This document shows positions 51,043-63,633 of a stretch of DNA of 64,000 bases, in pieces. Positions within the stretch are counted from its first letter, which is position 1. Every line of letters starts with the position of its first letter. Origin of the DNA: Ruditapes philippinarum. Lineage: Eukaryota. The position numbers were made by a program, and so were the translations under genes. The stretch spans positions 372,001-436,000 of the forward strand of contig NW_026854157.1 in assembly GCF_026571515.1 (NCBI RefSeq). Direction: 5' to 3'. The notes beneath the pieces are model-generated. The model was not told where the DNA came from. It worked only from the letters and a program-made list of their open reading frames with translations, and did not search any database.

Positions 51043-53657
51043 GGACATGACTCTCCTAATTTATTGTATTTATGAATTTTCATAATGTTTACTATAAGTA
51101 CATTTTCTCGGACATTTCAGATACTTTCAGCGGTCAATTTCCATAAAAACATGGTTGCGTAGTAGCTCTAATTTTGTCGAGTGTGTACATGTAAAATGTA
51201 TAGGACAGTTCTTTCTTAGACTACTTAAATTGCTCTGAAATTTAAGTTATGTTTCACAATACTTCTTGCATTCTGATCTCATTACATTTTCTAGTGAACA
51301 GTTAATTTTACAATATACAATATTACATTAACTCTGTAAATAATAAAATGGTAAGAGACAAAGTATATATGTGTAAAAGATAATTATCCATCTATAATCG
51401 AATTTCTTCTTTAACCTATTTCTGCATGAGCCTTTTGTGAAAAATGACTGATGTCATTGAAAAACATCCTGTTTCAAGTTCAAATTGTTATGAACCTAAT
51501 AAAAAAGGTTTCAATGATGTTAAAGCCTGACACAAATGTTGACTGGACCATAGCCTTTGTTACGGCATACTCAATCTTAAATTTCCTGTTACCATGGCAA
51601 CGAGGGGACATCTCAGGATTGCCAACAAAACACATTTTTGCGCTGATGTTTTCCATCAAAAGTGCAGCAAATTTTCATTGGATTGAGCTAGAGTCAAATG
51701 ATTTTTCAGCGTTGGTTACACATTACCTTAAAGTTGACAAACCCAACTTTTTCTTTGGGGTGAGGGGGTCTGCTGCCCCAGCCCCCTTTAAACCCCCATG
51801 AAGAAGGGGCACATCCCCACTCTGGCATCCCCTCTTGATGTATCTATTTGATAGGGGATGGCGCCGAAAAAATGATCAATACTTACACCATTTCTCAAAC
51901 GAAAAAAAGTGTTTGGAATCTAAAAAATGACATTTTTCACTTTTTGAGGCCTCAAAGGGGGGGGGGGGGCTGAAAAGGCGTGAAAAAACGTCTATATAAA
52001 TAATGGGCTAAATGCCATTAAGTGGATGTCCTGATGCATCTATGGTCATGTGTCAAGCTTTAGAACAATTTCAGCATAAGTACATCACACTGGCGCAAAA
52101 TCCCAAATATTAGCGGTAAGGCGCCATGCGCTTACTTTTAAGAAATCTTAAGTATCAGTTAGAACAATTAAGAAGCCTTGCCAAAAGAAAAAAATAATTT
52201 TCATATCAAATTTACAAGGGAAAGGGCCCATTATAGAGTGATATTGTCTATAATGATTGTTCAAGTTTTACCCTTATATCAAACAAAAAAACATTCAACA
52301 TTAAATTGATTTGGACAGTATAAGAAGAGTCCGAAATGCAATGTTAAATATAATTTGTAAAATGTCTTACCTATTATATTGTCAAAAATTACTTTCATTT
52401 AAAAAAATTTGAACACTCCAAGGTTACACCAAAAACCATTGACGGCTCCGTGATCGTGATACCTGCGACTGTTTGAGATACCTTTACATTTAAAGTACAT
52501 TTTTGCTTATTACCCTTTAGATCAAACACATAATTATCACCCAAGTAGTCCCTTAAGCTAATGATTTAAAAGAGTCATCATGCTTCTGCAGATGTTAATG
52601 CACGTAAAGGGGTATATTAACCCTCTATTAAATGATAAAACGGTTAGCATAACAATTTAAAGTAACTGAAGATTCATATCAGAGCGCAATGTGTCTGTGA
52701 TTGTCGTCCCAAAATGAATTACTTTTATGTTTTCATTTATTTATCTGATTGTCATAATATTTCAATATCATGCAAAATGTCGGTACAACATCTCACATGT
52801 CGTAACGCAAACTGTTTTTTATTTTTATCATGTTATTGTTATCTATGCATACAAAAAATGATAGTATATTATAAGCAATCACAATCCGTGGTACTTTTAA
52901 ACTGAAAAGAAGAAACTAATGACTTCTTCGCCGGGTCATTCGTTTATTGGTGTTTAAGATCCTGTATGTTGTAATAGAGGTTGCATACAACACTTAACTG
53001 AAATTGTATATATGTATATAATCATGCTTATAAAACAATTATCAAACATCGAAGAATATGTAAAATATGTACTGCAAATATTTGTACATATTATATGTAA
53101 TCATTAAAATATATGCATTTCTTATTGAAAAATTTGACAAAGACTTTATAAAAAATATTTTTATTATCTCCCTTTATTCAAATGAAATGTTAAATTCGGT
53201 AAAATATTTTTAAATGATGCTTTTTTGAACTTACAAAAATTGAAAAATCTTAATTTGAGCATCATAATTATGTATGATATAAACCATGAAAATTGAGTTC
53301 AGGATCTTTAAACATATTTTGTATTTATTATAAAAAATACAGAATAACTAAGGCATCATCAAAGAGAAGCATCATGCATGCACACATATGTGAAAATCCA
53401 TTTTGATTTTGTCAAGTGAAACGATGTCAATGAATTTATATAAGTAACGTTTTGTTTCAAAACGAAAACACAAAAAGATAGTTCTAACTGATCATTCTAT
53501 ACCCGCACTTATCTAGTTGTTCGTATCTTCTTTTTACTTACTTCTTACAAAACATTATTACAAGCACAACAATTCAATGAATGATCGTATCAGAACAAGT
53601 TTTGGTTGGTGCACAATTGGTAACTATTTGCTTCATTACTTAAATACTACATTCTTA

Positions 53658-56600
53658 TTAAATGATACCATTTTGTATGCAATAAGTTCGGATGTCATCA
53701 TACGTTTGATGTTTAATCATATCCCTTGCAGTCTCTCTTCCATGCCTATCTCTCCAACGTAAAAATTGGTCGACATCACTATCTGATGGGGGACTAAATT
53801 GAGCAGGAATGGAATTCACGTCCGTGGTTTGCATAGTTATTTGATTATAAGACGAAGTCTGTTGGCTTCTCTGGTCCCTCATAAGGTCTTTTGAAGCATA
53901 TACGTGTGCGTTATAACTTTTATGCAGAATTTTTCCTTCATTGTTTTCCTTTGTTACTAGTTTACTTGCAACATCTTTCTTTTGTTCACTAGAGGGTATG
54001 GCCATTTTACTCCGTTCATTTGTAATACCTTGAGCTATTCCTTTGCATAGAACCGGTACATTCTCGTGCAGTAAAACAGCTGGCCAAACAAGAAACGCAA
54101 CTCTATCCCCACGTATTGTGTACGCCTTATAAAAAATTGTATTGAATTTTTCACCTTTTGTAACGATTCGTCCAAATGCAAGAGGTGGATCCTGAACCTG
54201 TTTGAAAGACATAACACAAACTTGACATAAACTATTAAGATGTGATCAAAAACAATTAACGGTCATGTACTTAATTTACGAGTTAATTTGTGTCATATCA
54301 TAAATTTCTACGCGTTGGTAACGATGATGATCATATGCAAAGTATTAAGATAAACTAGTTTATTAAGACAGCAAAAGAACTTAAACATTCAATTGAACTT
54401 ATAAAACTTAAATAGTTTAACTGCCGGTGGCTCTTATTTTGTATTTTGAAAAAAAATATTTTATTAATTCATAAAACATATTCAAATCAGAGCAAACGCA
54501 TTACAGAAACGCTACATTAGCAGGTTCAGGGAAAAATGCTGAGAGATAAGCTTAAAAACACATCATGTCTCAAAAATGAATTATTTTTTCATCCTTTAGA
54601 AAAGGCAAACATGTATTTTATAACGTTTAGATAATGGTTTTAAAACATTGTAGATGCTTTCCCGTGATAAAGATAACGCTGGATGTGAAATTCTCTGTCA
54701 TAAGGTAGCAAAATATGTACAAAGTATTGTGATTTCCACTCAAAATACTAAATAACTATACTTTTACTAGTTGCCAAAAATGCAATAGACGCAAAAAAAT
54801 GGTTCAGGTGTTTTGAAAATTACTAACCTTTTTCTTTGAAAAATATAATAGGACATAAAAAATTAAAAGCTTTGAAAAAGGAAAATGAAAGCACTTCTTG
54901 GGCATAATGAGCCTTTAACCAGATAACTCTTATATAATTATATAGTCTAAAAAACTATCTTGGCACTCACCACCATGAGCCAGCATACTTCGAAACAGCT
55001 TTTAACAAATTCTGGAGCTGCATGGTGTATCGTCTGATATTTCTTCAATGGAATGGTAAAAAGACACTTTTTAAATGAAACTATATTCAGAAAGACTTAG
55101 TATCAGGAGCTTTTCCTTAAAATCAAAGGGAAATTTTTCCATAACTCTTGAATGTAGGGCTTCTTGATTAAAGGTCAACACAATGGAGTGACAATTAAGA
55201 TATTTCATTTTACAAGATAGTTAATACAATATATAAAACATTTCAGCATACTGTAATAACTTATTGATTAAAATCAATTTGAAAAAATATTTTCTACATG
55301 ACAACATTTGCAACGTCGCGTACTTGTGTGATAGCTGTAGTACTTTTGAGAAACATAACACTTTATCGCCCGAACCCACCCCCCCCCCCCCCTACCTCCC
55401 CTAATAAAGAAACATAAATTATAACATATAATGCTATGGAGTTTTTACATGGCACAGTGATTGAGCTAAAATTACTGAACATTTTGTTGTTATACCTGAT
55501 ATAACTGTTTGCCAGAAAATACTGCTACATTTCGCTGAAAGTCTTTTATCAGTTTCTTTACTGACGAAGGCAAGCTATTTTCATTCTAAAATTAAGATAA
55601 TTCATAAATGACATCGCATTTAAGTATAATGATATTATCCAGAAATAAACATTCAGATAAAATCAAACGACAATGGAGTGAAACATAGATTAGACAATAA
55701 AGGTCATATGACGCCGGAACAGGAAAGGTGAGTTCGGCAAACCTCGTTAAAGTGGAATTACCGATTTTTCGTGCACTAATATCTGTACAAACAGGAGAAC
55801 TTCTGCAGATGTTAATACACAAAAAAATTGTGCATTATATCTTCATTAATTGATATGGATTTTTGGGAATAGACAATTCCAACGAGACTAGAAGAAGTAC
55901 AGAAAGAATTTGTCAGGTACCCTTAGTTTATGATGTTCAATAAGTGTCCAATATATTATATGAATAGATGTTTTGAACTCGGTAATTTAAAATGACGCTT
56001 TAATTTTGAAGACAATGTGCATCTGCATTTACATTTAAAAATCATCTGTTGCAAACTCTAGTATTTCACGGGTTACCTTTAACAAGTGTTGCACAAATAT
56101 ATCACAAAACAGTAGACAGGTTGTATATATCAAGCCGAAAGGAAATTGAAAATTGCAGTATTTACCGTAGAACCCTGTGTGACTGCCATTTGTATATCCT
56201 TTCTCTGTCGATTTGCCTCTTTTTCACAGAAACGATAAGCATCCTTTAAAAGTTTAATAAAATGTAATGAGTCAACTACAGGAGGATGGTTAATTTAATT
56301 AATGATTTCCTTAAGGACATTCTACGTTCGCGTTCGGAGCAACAATATTAAAATATAACAAATCAGGACATATCCTGCAGTTAATGGAATTCGAACTCTT
56401 TTTTCTGGTTAAATATTATTAATATATTGCTTTTGGTTAAACATTATTTTGAGGTTATAATTATGGAACATATTTTTTAAATTGTATATGTGATTTTTAA
56501 CTTTTCTTTTGGATATATATATATGTATCCTTGAGTATTATTACATTTTTATTATGAAATAATTGATAAATGACTGCAATTAATATATAAATTGTTTATG

Positions 56601-58552
56601 TGATTCTCATTGTTAAACAAATCTTTTCCACTTCTTTTCTTTAATATTTAGATAACATACATAATAGTCGCAGGGAAAACTAACCAATAAAATGTTCAGT
56701 ATTTTTTTCAATTGTGTTTTCTTCACTTCCTTTGTATAACTTATCTATACTGTCAAATGCATCTGTCCATTGATTATCGTATAGTTCTTGAAATCTTTCG
56801 GCAAGTTTTGTTGGTCGGTCTTGGTCGCTTAAATCTGTAACCTGCGGATTATTATCTGTCAAATTGTCCGAAAATGTTTTACTCAGCCTATGAATGAAGT
56901 GATATAAACAAATTTAAATTCGACTTGTTTGGATAACAATAAAAGGACAAAAGATATCTTATAAGTGCTTTGACATTGTGTAAGCTCTTATAGCATATGA
57001 GTACATGTAACTAAGCTTTGTTTTGAGTGCATACTTTTAAAAATAGTTACTATTGTTTTTTGTTAAGGATTATTTTTTTTTCCAGATTTTAATAGTAGAG
57101 CTAAATAAACTTTACCTTCAAGTAGATGCAATTTATCATGTGCATGTGTTGAGATGGCCTTAAAATACGTTTTAACAACATTTTACTCATTAAAAGTAAA
57201 AAATACCTATTATGCGTATCTTTAAGCTCGTCTTTTGTTTTCCTCAGTTCTTTTTCAGTTTCCCTTAGTTGTTTTCAGTATTATCAAGTTGGTACTTTGT
57301 TTCTTTCACCACGTGACTCTGCTCTGTCTTTTTGGAAGAATTGTACATCGCCAATTTCTTCTGTTGCATCTGAATGGTTTGCTGTAGTTTGCGTTCTTCA
57401 TCCTGATATTTTCTATCAGTTTCCTTCCTTTGTTCATCCAATTTCTTGACCTGTTCCCGAAGATCATCATTTTCTTGTGAAAGACTTTTAATCGTGCTCT
57501 TCCTTATATCAGTCGATTCCTTGAAATCATTATGAGTGATTAATGAAGCTTTTGTTCGGATGCATGTTAATTAAAATAAGGATTAGGAAAATGTTGTGAA
57601 AACCCTTTTTCAAAGAACATACGCAAATAATGTAAAGACAGTCAAACGAATTTAACAAAAATGCATTTATGGATGAACAGAAATCGTCTTAAAAGGCGCA
57701 AAAGCCGCTTTTCCGTAAGAAACATTTTAGTTGGATACTGCATAGTACGATAAATTTAAAAATTAATTGCATTAGTAATGGTTTACTTGGATTGCTTGAA
57801 AGTTTACATTTTCCTACTTGAAATACTCTATAATTTTATAAGTGTTGAATGTCCTCAGGAAAGAAATCAGCAATCTTCTTGACGTATGCTAATTTTCATA
57901 AACATTTTGAAAATGTATTTGAAAGTAAACTATTTTAAATTGAACACAGAAAGTAATATACACATCGCAAACTGCACTTACAAGCCACGTCAATTACCAA
58001 AAAAGACAAAATACGCAAAAAATGTCCGTTAAGCAGTACAGAAATGTTGATTAGGACTGCAATATCGGACATGTAAAATTTATTCATTCAATCTTTAAGT
58101 TGAATCTTTTTGCCTTTCTTAAAGATAAGAACAGTTTTCTCATGTTCTTTTCTTTGATATATTTTAAAATTGGCTCATCTGTAGGCATGCAGTTTTAATA
58201 AGACATTTGTGTATTTGTATAAGACGGCAAAGAAGGAAAAATAAAATTTGCAGAGGATTTTATTTCACATTCAATTTGCATGATTAAAGACAATCAAGAT
58301 TGAAGGGACAAACTAAAACTATTTTCAGTTCAATTGAATTTTCACTATTCTTAAATTACAGACAATAATAACACTCACCGAAAACTGTATTTCTTGTTTG
58401 GCTTTTTCGACCAATTCTGGAACTTTGTCGTCAGTAATTGTAACAATTCTTGCATGCTTGATTGACAATGTTCAACTTTCTCAAAGTCCTCATCAGATGT
58501 AGAATGTTTGATAGTTGATTTAGAACAAACTTGATTCACATCTGTTGAAGGT
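53658..58552 (-). pseudogene. Long MIEAP-domain-like gene copy D; three single-base frameshifts as assembled
   Basis: Exons 58552-58379 (174 nt vs 175 in B1), 57519-57207 (coiled coil, -1 at 57272-57275), 56887-56685 (NPQVTDLSDQDRPTKLAERFQELYDNQW, +1 at 56702-56708), 56243-56166, 55585-55496, 55042 (or 55080)-54971 (SCFEVCWLMV) and 54197-53658 (VQDPPL..LVWPAVL..KGIAQ). No substitution stops were seen, so the gene may be intact in vivo. Confidence 0.75.
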
Positions 58553-60255
58553 CTAAGAGTATTTTAAATAATAAAGAAATGAATGAAGAACATGTTCACG
58601 AAATATGAAATGACAAATACTGCATTAGAAACCTTCTCATTGAATTTCGTATTTTCCTACATGTGAAAAAGTGATACAGAACAATATGTTTATTATGTTA
58701 TTTACTTGATGACGGCCCGTGCTGAAGTTGATTTCAACGTACAATGAAAATAAAAGAACTTTATTCTTGTTTATAGATATGGCGCTAACATATATTCTTA
58801 CACGAACCTTCAAAATACACCTAGCCTTAATAAATTAGAGATATTACATTTAAATAGTACGAGGTTTTATTCTTAAGAAGTCTCAAATGTACAACTTGCA
58901 ATGACTAACTGAATGATTGTGAAAGTTTTAAACTAATATCTTTTTATTAAATTATAGATATCATTGAGATAAGTTGTCGGAGTGATTAGTAACTACTGGT
59001 GGGATATCAAGGAAACCTAACCCGGCAGCCCAACCGCCGAGATATGTCTACAAATGTGTTAAATTCAGCTGAAAAAACAAACAAACATAAGTCATTAAGA
59101 AGTCAAATAGGCATTATTTGTCTATCAAATTGATAAAAAAAAAAGAAATAATTGATATAATTGAACCACAATGATACATATGCCTCATCATGATACATAT
59201 GCCTCAGCATAGCTCAATCGGTTAGAGCGCGAGACTTGTAATCTCGACATTGTGGGTTCGATTCCCGGTCTGGCCAACTAAAATTACTAAATTACTAATC
59301 AGTCTTTCGGATGAGACTTTAAATCGAGGTCCCGTGTATGGGTGCTTAAACACTTGGCACGCTAAAGAACCAGGAGAAGCTTCTGGAATTGGGGCATCTT
59401 TCTGTATCTGTAATTGCACTATCCTCCAAAATCTAAAATGACTAGTACTCTTCTGGGGGACTCGCCCATATGGGCAACCGGTGGCGAGTATAAATAAACG
59501 CAAATACGCACACATTACCGAAGCTCTGCTGTTACATGTAAGAATCGTTCGTTAACACCTGTAGTGAAAAACATGTACAATACAGACAGAGGTGGGAAGA
59601 GAGGTCGGTGGGCAAAATGAAAATTAAAGTTATAAAATGATTTTATTTGCTTTTCTCTACATAAACGGTCGGCGGTCCCGTACAAAAGCTTTGCTTTATG
59701 TTGGGATAAATGTTATTGGTGGCACTAGTTATGAATAGAACTTTCCGTTTTGGATTGTGGAGACTGCACTGTAGTGTTGTGTTTGCATAATCTTAAGAAA
59801 TATTTTGTAAACTGCTTATCAAAAGTGCGGAACACAATGCATTTCCATATGTTTTGCGTTATGTTGCGGCAACTACCAGACTGAGTATAATTATGCTCTT
59901 CATTATGCGTACTCAAGATTTATCTTAAGATGTTGGCAAATATAAGTCTCTGTACGGCGAAAACTAATACAGTTGTGTTGGTGACTTTAGTCTAGCATGT
60001 GATCAAAAAATATAATACAAACAGTTATAGAACCTATTAAAAACAATAACACTAGTTTAGTGTTTTATAAAATATACTTCTTAATAAGAGATTATTACAT
60101 TAATAAGTTTTGGTCATATTAAAAGTTCTGAAAATGTCTTCTTCCTTAGTAGCTTGTTAATCCTACTTACATGTAGACAAAATTAGTGTCAAGAAAGTGA
60201 AATCTAAGCGAGTATGACAGGCAAAAAATAGTTTTTTTAGGTTCAAAAATTTGTA
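57772..60255. repeat. 5' block of D, duplicate of 16725-19315
   Basis: Near-identical to the B1 5' block. Confidence 0.9.
59201..59512 (+). mobile_element. tRNA(Thr)-like-headed SINE with a Deu-domain-like core
   Basis: TAGCTCAATCGGTTAGAGC, anticodon arm CGAGA-CTTGTAA-TCTCG and GGTTCGATTCC; core GTCTTTCGGATGAGACTTTAAATCGAGGTCCC...CACGCTAAAGAACC. Absent from the B1 copy of this block. Confidence 0.75.
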
Positions 60256-61085
60256 CTAAAGTAGTCTTCAGTCGGGAATATCTTCTATAAGAGTCATTCT
60301 GTCTTTGATGTGTATACGTCGTGGATTAGTTTGGCTGGAGTACGATGGACTTGCTAATTATCATTCCTACATGATTGAATATGCTTATGTAATTACTCAC
60401 CGGATTGTGATGTTTAGAATGTTCCATTGAGGCTTTTGTTGGCATATATTGTTCAATACTGATGTTCCATGTGATGTAGGTTTGGTCTAGTGTTACCTTG
60501 AATGTGTGCAAAATTTAGATTTATATCATGTCGCTCTTTTTCCCCATTATTTTATTTTTTTATTTTGAAAAATGACAGAATGATTAATATCATCATAGAT
60601 TTCGGTATGTGATAACTTGTTCTGAGATGTGATTTTGCAAACTCGAAAAATGTGATCTATTGTTAGGTTTGAACAGACATTCTTTTTAAAGTGCTATAAA
60701 AGTCGGCGATACTTTGTAGGTATTTTTCTACAAAATATTGTTATGCTAAATCATGTTCCTTAAGATTTATATAAAATGTATTATATTCCGAATTTCTTTC
60801 AGCGATGATTGCGTATAATCAGGTATAGAATTATTCATAAGGTCCCTCTAAAGTAAGTTTCTACCTTTATTTATAAATATTTATTATAAAATATTACTCG
60901 TTAAGACAAAATTCCAAATTGCAGTAAAATAAATAGACAATTAAATTCAAACCAGTTTACATGGTATTACCAGTTCTTGTTAATTTCGATATTTTAATTC
61001 TAACAAACTGTTTAAACATTGTCTTGGTCGACAAAATGTTTGTTAACTTTGATTTACATAATACAATTAATGTTCGTCTATAATT

Positions 61086-61290
61086 ACAGTCAACTATCCT
61101 TATCTCGACATAGCTTTTCGCGATATTTCGTTATCTCGATGAAATTTTTGAAGTACCGATTTTCTTCCTTCTTTACCTTTTAAAAAATTATTGGATAATT
61201 TGTTTATCTCGATAATTTTATTTCGATATTTTTAGTCTTAAGCTCAAACAATTATTTTCACACTTTTATCCTTTGTTTATCTCGACTTAT
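61086..61290. mobile_element. Possible Tc1/pogo-type MITE remnant
   Basis: Starts TA-CAGTCAAC and contains repeated TTATCTCGA motifs. The other end was not identified. Confidence 0.35.
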
Positions 61291-61404
61291 AATTTTGCGT
61301 CTGTTCTCTGCACGGTTGTGAAAAATCAAAAAGCAGACAATAATCGCTCAATTATGCGTGTCATAATGATAATTATGTATGAAACAAGTCGAGCTGAAGA
61401 TGAC

Positions 61405-62320
61405 ACAGCGCATGGTGGAATGATTTTTAGAGGGTTCCTGTAGCAATAAAACACACCGTGTTATCCTAAGGGAATACAGAAAAACTCACAAAAACCACAG
61501 GCCTTTTAGGGGGTATTTATAGCAATAAAACCCACAGTGATAGCCTCAGGGAATGCAGTAAAGCTCACACAAACCGCGATAAAAAACTTTTTATAGTGTT
61601 TCTATCGAAATAAAATTCATTGTGATAGCCTGGGGTATGAGAGAAACGCTAACACAATGCACGGTGATGTGTCTTTTGGAAGGTTCTTATAAAATAACAG
61701 CGTTGATAGACTCAGGCTATACAGTAAATCTAACACAAACAACATTTATTGCAATATGACCCATGGTGATAGCCTCAGGGATTACAGTAAATTTTTACAT
61801 AACCAACGGTAAAGGGTCGTTTAGCTGATTTCTGGGAATAGAGTAAATCTGACACAATCCACTTTGTAAGATATTTTAGATGGTTTTTATTGCAATAAAA
61901 CCCACGATGAGACCTATGGAATACAGTTAAATTCACACAACCCAGGGTAACAGGCCTTTTAGTGGGTTCTCGTCGCAATGAAACCCACGGTGATAATATT
62001 TCAGAATAGAGGAAAGTTTACACTATCCCCAGGGAATACAGTACGGCTCCAACAAACCGATTTGTTATTTAAGAGGATATTTATAGCATTACAACCCACG
62101 GTGATAGCCTCAAGGAACATACGATGATAGGCCTTTTAAATGGTTCTCATCGCAATAAAATTGATAAAAATTAAAATTGATATATTTAGGGAATACAGTA
62201 AAACTCACATAACCCAGGCCTTTTAGAAGATTCTTATCGCAATAAAACCCTAGGTGATAGCTTTAGGGAATACAGTGGCGCTCGCACATTCCATGGTCAT
62301 AAGCCTTTTAAAGGGTTCAT
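61405..62320. repeat. Degenerate ~79-bp tandem repeat
   Basis: GCAATAAAACCCACGGTGATAGCCTCAGGGAATACAGTAAA.CTCACAC recurs, e.g. at 61443 and 61522. Confidence 0.8.
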
Positions 62321-62419
62321 TTCGTATTTCCTCTTTGTAAAGGAATATTGAATGAGAAAAACGGAAGTCTCTTTAATTCTTATTTAATACCAAATCAAAT
62401 ATATTAGTTCATTCCAACA

Positions 62420-62620
62420 CGAGGGGTTAGAGTTGATGACTTCTAATCCAGTTACCTCTCTGGCGTGGGTTTGATCACCGGGAAATGCTTTGGTAGTTTA
62501 GCCCGGAGGAAGGTAATTTAGTACTGGTGTAACTCTTCAGGAACGATGGCTAGGAAACTACCCGCCTATATGACTGAAATACTGTTGGGAAAAGGCGTAA
62601 AATGAAACAAACAAACAAAT
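62420..62620 (+). mobile_element. Degenerate tRNA-derived SINE
   Basis: GGGGTTAGAGTTGATGACTTC..GTGGGTTTGATC head; tail ATATGACTGAAATACTGTTG..GGCGTAAA followed by (AAAC)n. Confidence 0.55.
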
Positions 62621-62840
62621 CATCCCAACACACATTTACCTATTGTTAAGCCAACCTCTTCTTTCAATTTCTCTCTGTGAGTGTTTTGTCCACATTTGTT
62701 TTCGTCAAAGATAAGTGAAATAAAAAAAATCCATGGTGTAAATTTTTGTTAAAATTATAAATACTATCGATACATGCATTGAATGGAAGTTTTTGGATAT
62801 TACTTAAAGATCCTGTATGTTGTAATTAAGGTTGTTACAA

Positions 62841-63160
62841 TTGTTTTTCATGCGTTTATTTAATGTCGCCGCTGGAAAGCCCATATGGGCGACCGTACAC
62901 TAAAGTCGGGCCATCCTAGAGCTTCCCGTCGGTTTTTTTCGTCTTTTTCAGCTTTTATTGGTGGTGGAAGACCGCAGGTGCCCCTCCGGGCATTATTTAA
63001 GGCACGAGCGGGCACCTAGGTAGAGCCACCGACCTTCCGTAAGCCAGCTGGATGGCTTCCTCACATAAAATATTTCGACCCGAGTGAGGATCGAACCTAC
63101 AGCGGTGAGGGACATGTGATCTCAAGTCAGCGACCTTAACCACTCGGCCACGGAGGACCC
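62841..63160 (-). mobile_element. tRNA-derived V-domain-like SINE with an alternative 3' tail, inserted in the 3' flank of gene E
   Basis: Reverse-complement head GGGTCCTCCGTGGCCGAGTGGTTAAGG..GGTTCGATCC, with a body like the 45.7-kb copy. The paralogous 3' flank of D (~52955-53000) lacks it. Confidence 0.85.
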
Positions 63161-63633
63161 TAAGTCTAACCACACTTAAGTGAATTCTTATATATGCATA
63201 TAATTATGCTTCTAAAACAATTTTCAAACATCGAAGACTATGTAAATTATGTACTGCAAATATTTGTGCACATAGTATGTAATCATTAAAATATATACAT
63301 ACTGTCATTCATTTCTTATTGCAAAATTTGACCTAAACTTTATAGAAAATAAATTTCTGATTACCTCCCTTTAATAACATGAAATGTAAATTTGGTAAAT
63401 TCTTTACAAATAATGCTTTTTGGAACTTACAATATTGATAAATTTTCAATTGAGCATTATATTTATGATATTAAACCATAACAACTGAGTTAGAGAATCT
63501 TTAATAAATTTAAGGAAGACGTTTTTTTCTGAACGAACAAAAGGTGTCGTTCTATACATAAAACGTCTCACTGACAGGTCTTTTTTTAAATTCTTTTAAC
63601 GTGCTGGGTACCATTTGGCTTTGTTGTTTTTTA

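Noticed and set aside
51400-52140. GC-richer segment resembling a DNA transposon (also 54415-54918, ending GCCTTTAA)
   Set aside because: Probably repeat-derived, but no convincing pair of terminal inverted repeats or TSD was found.
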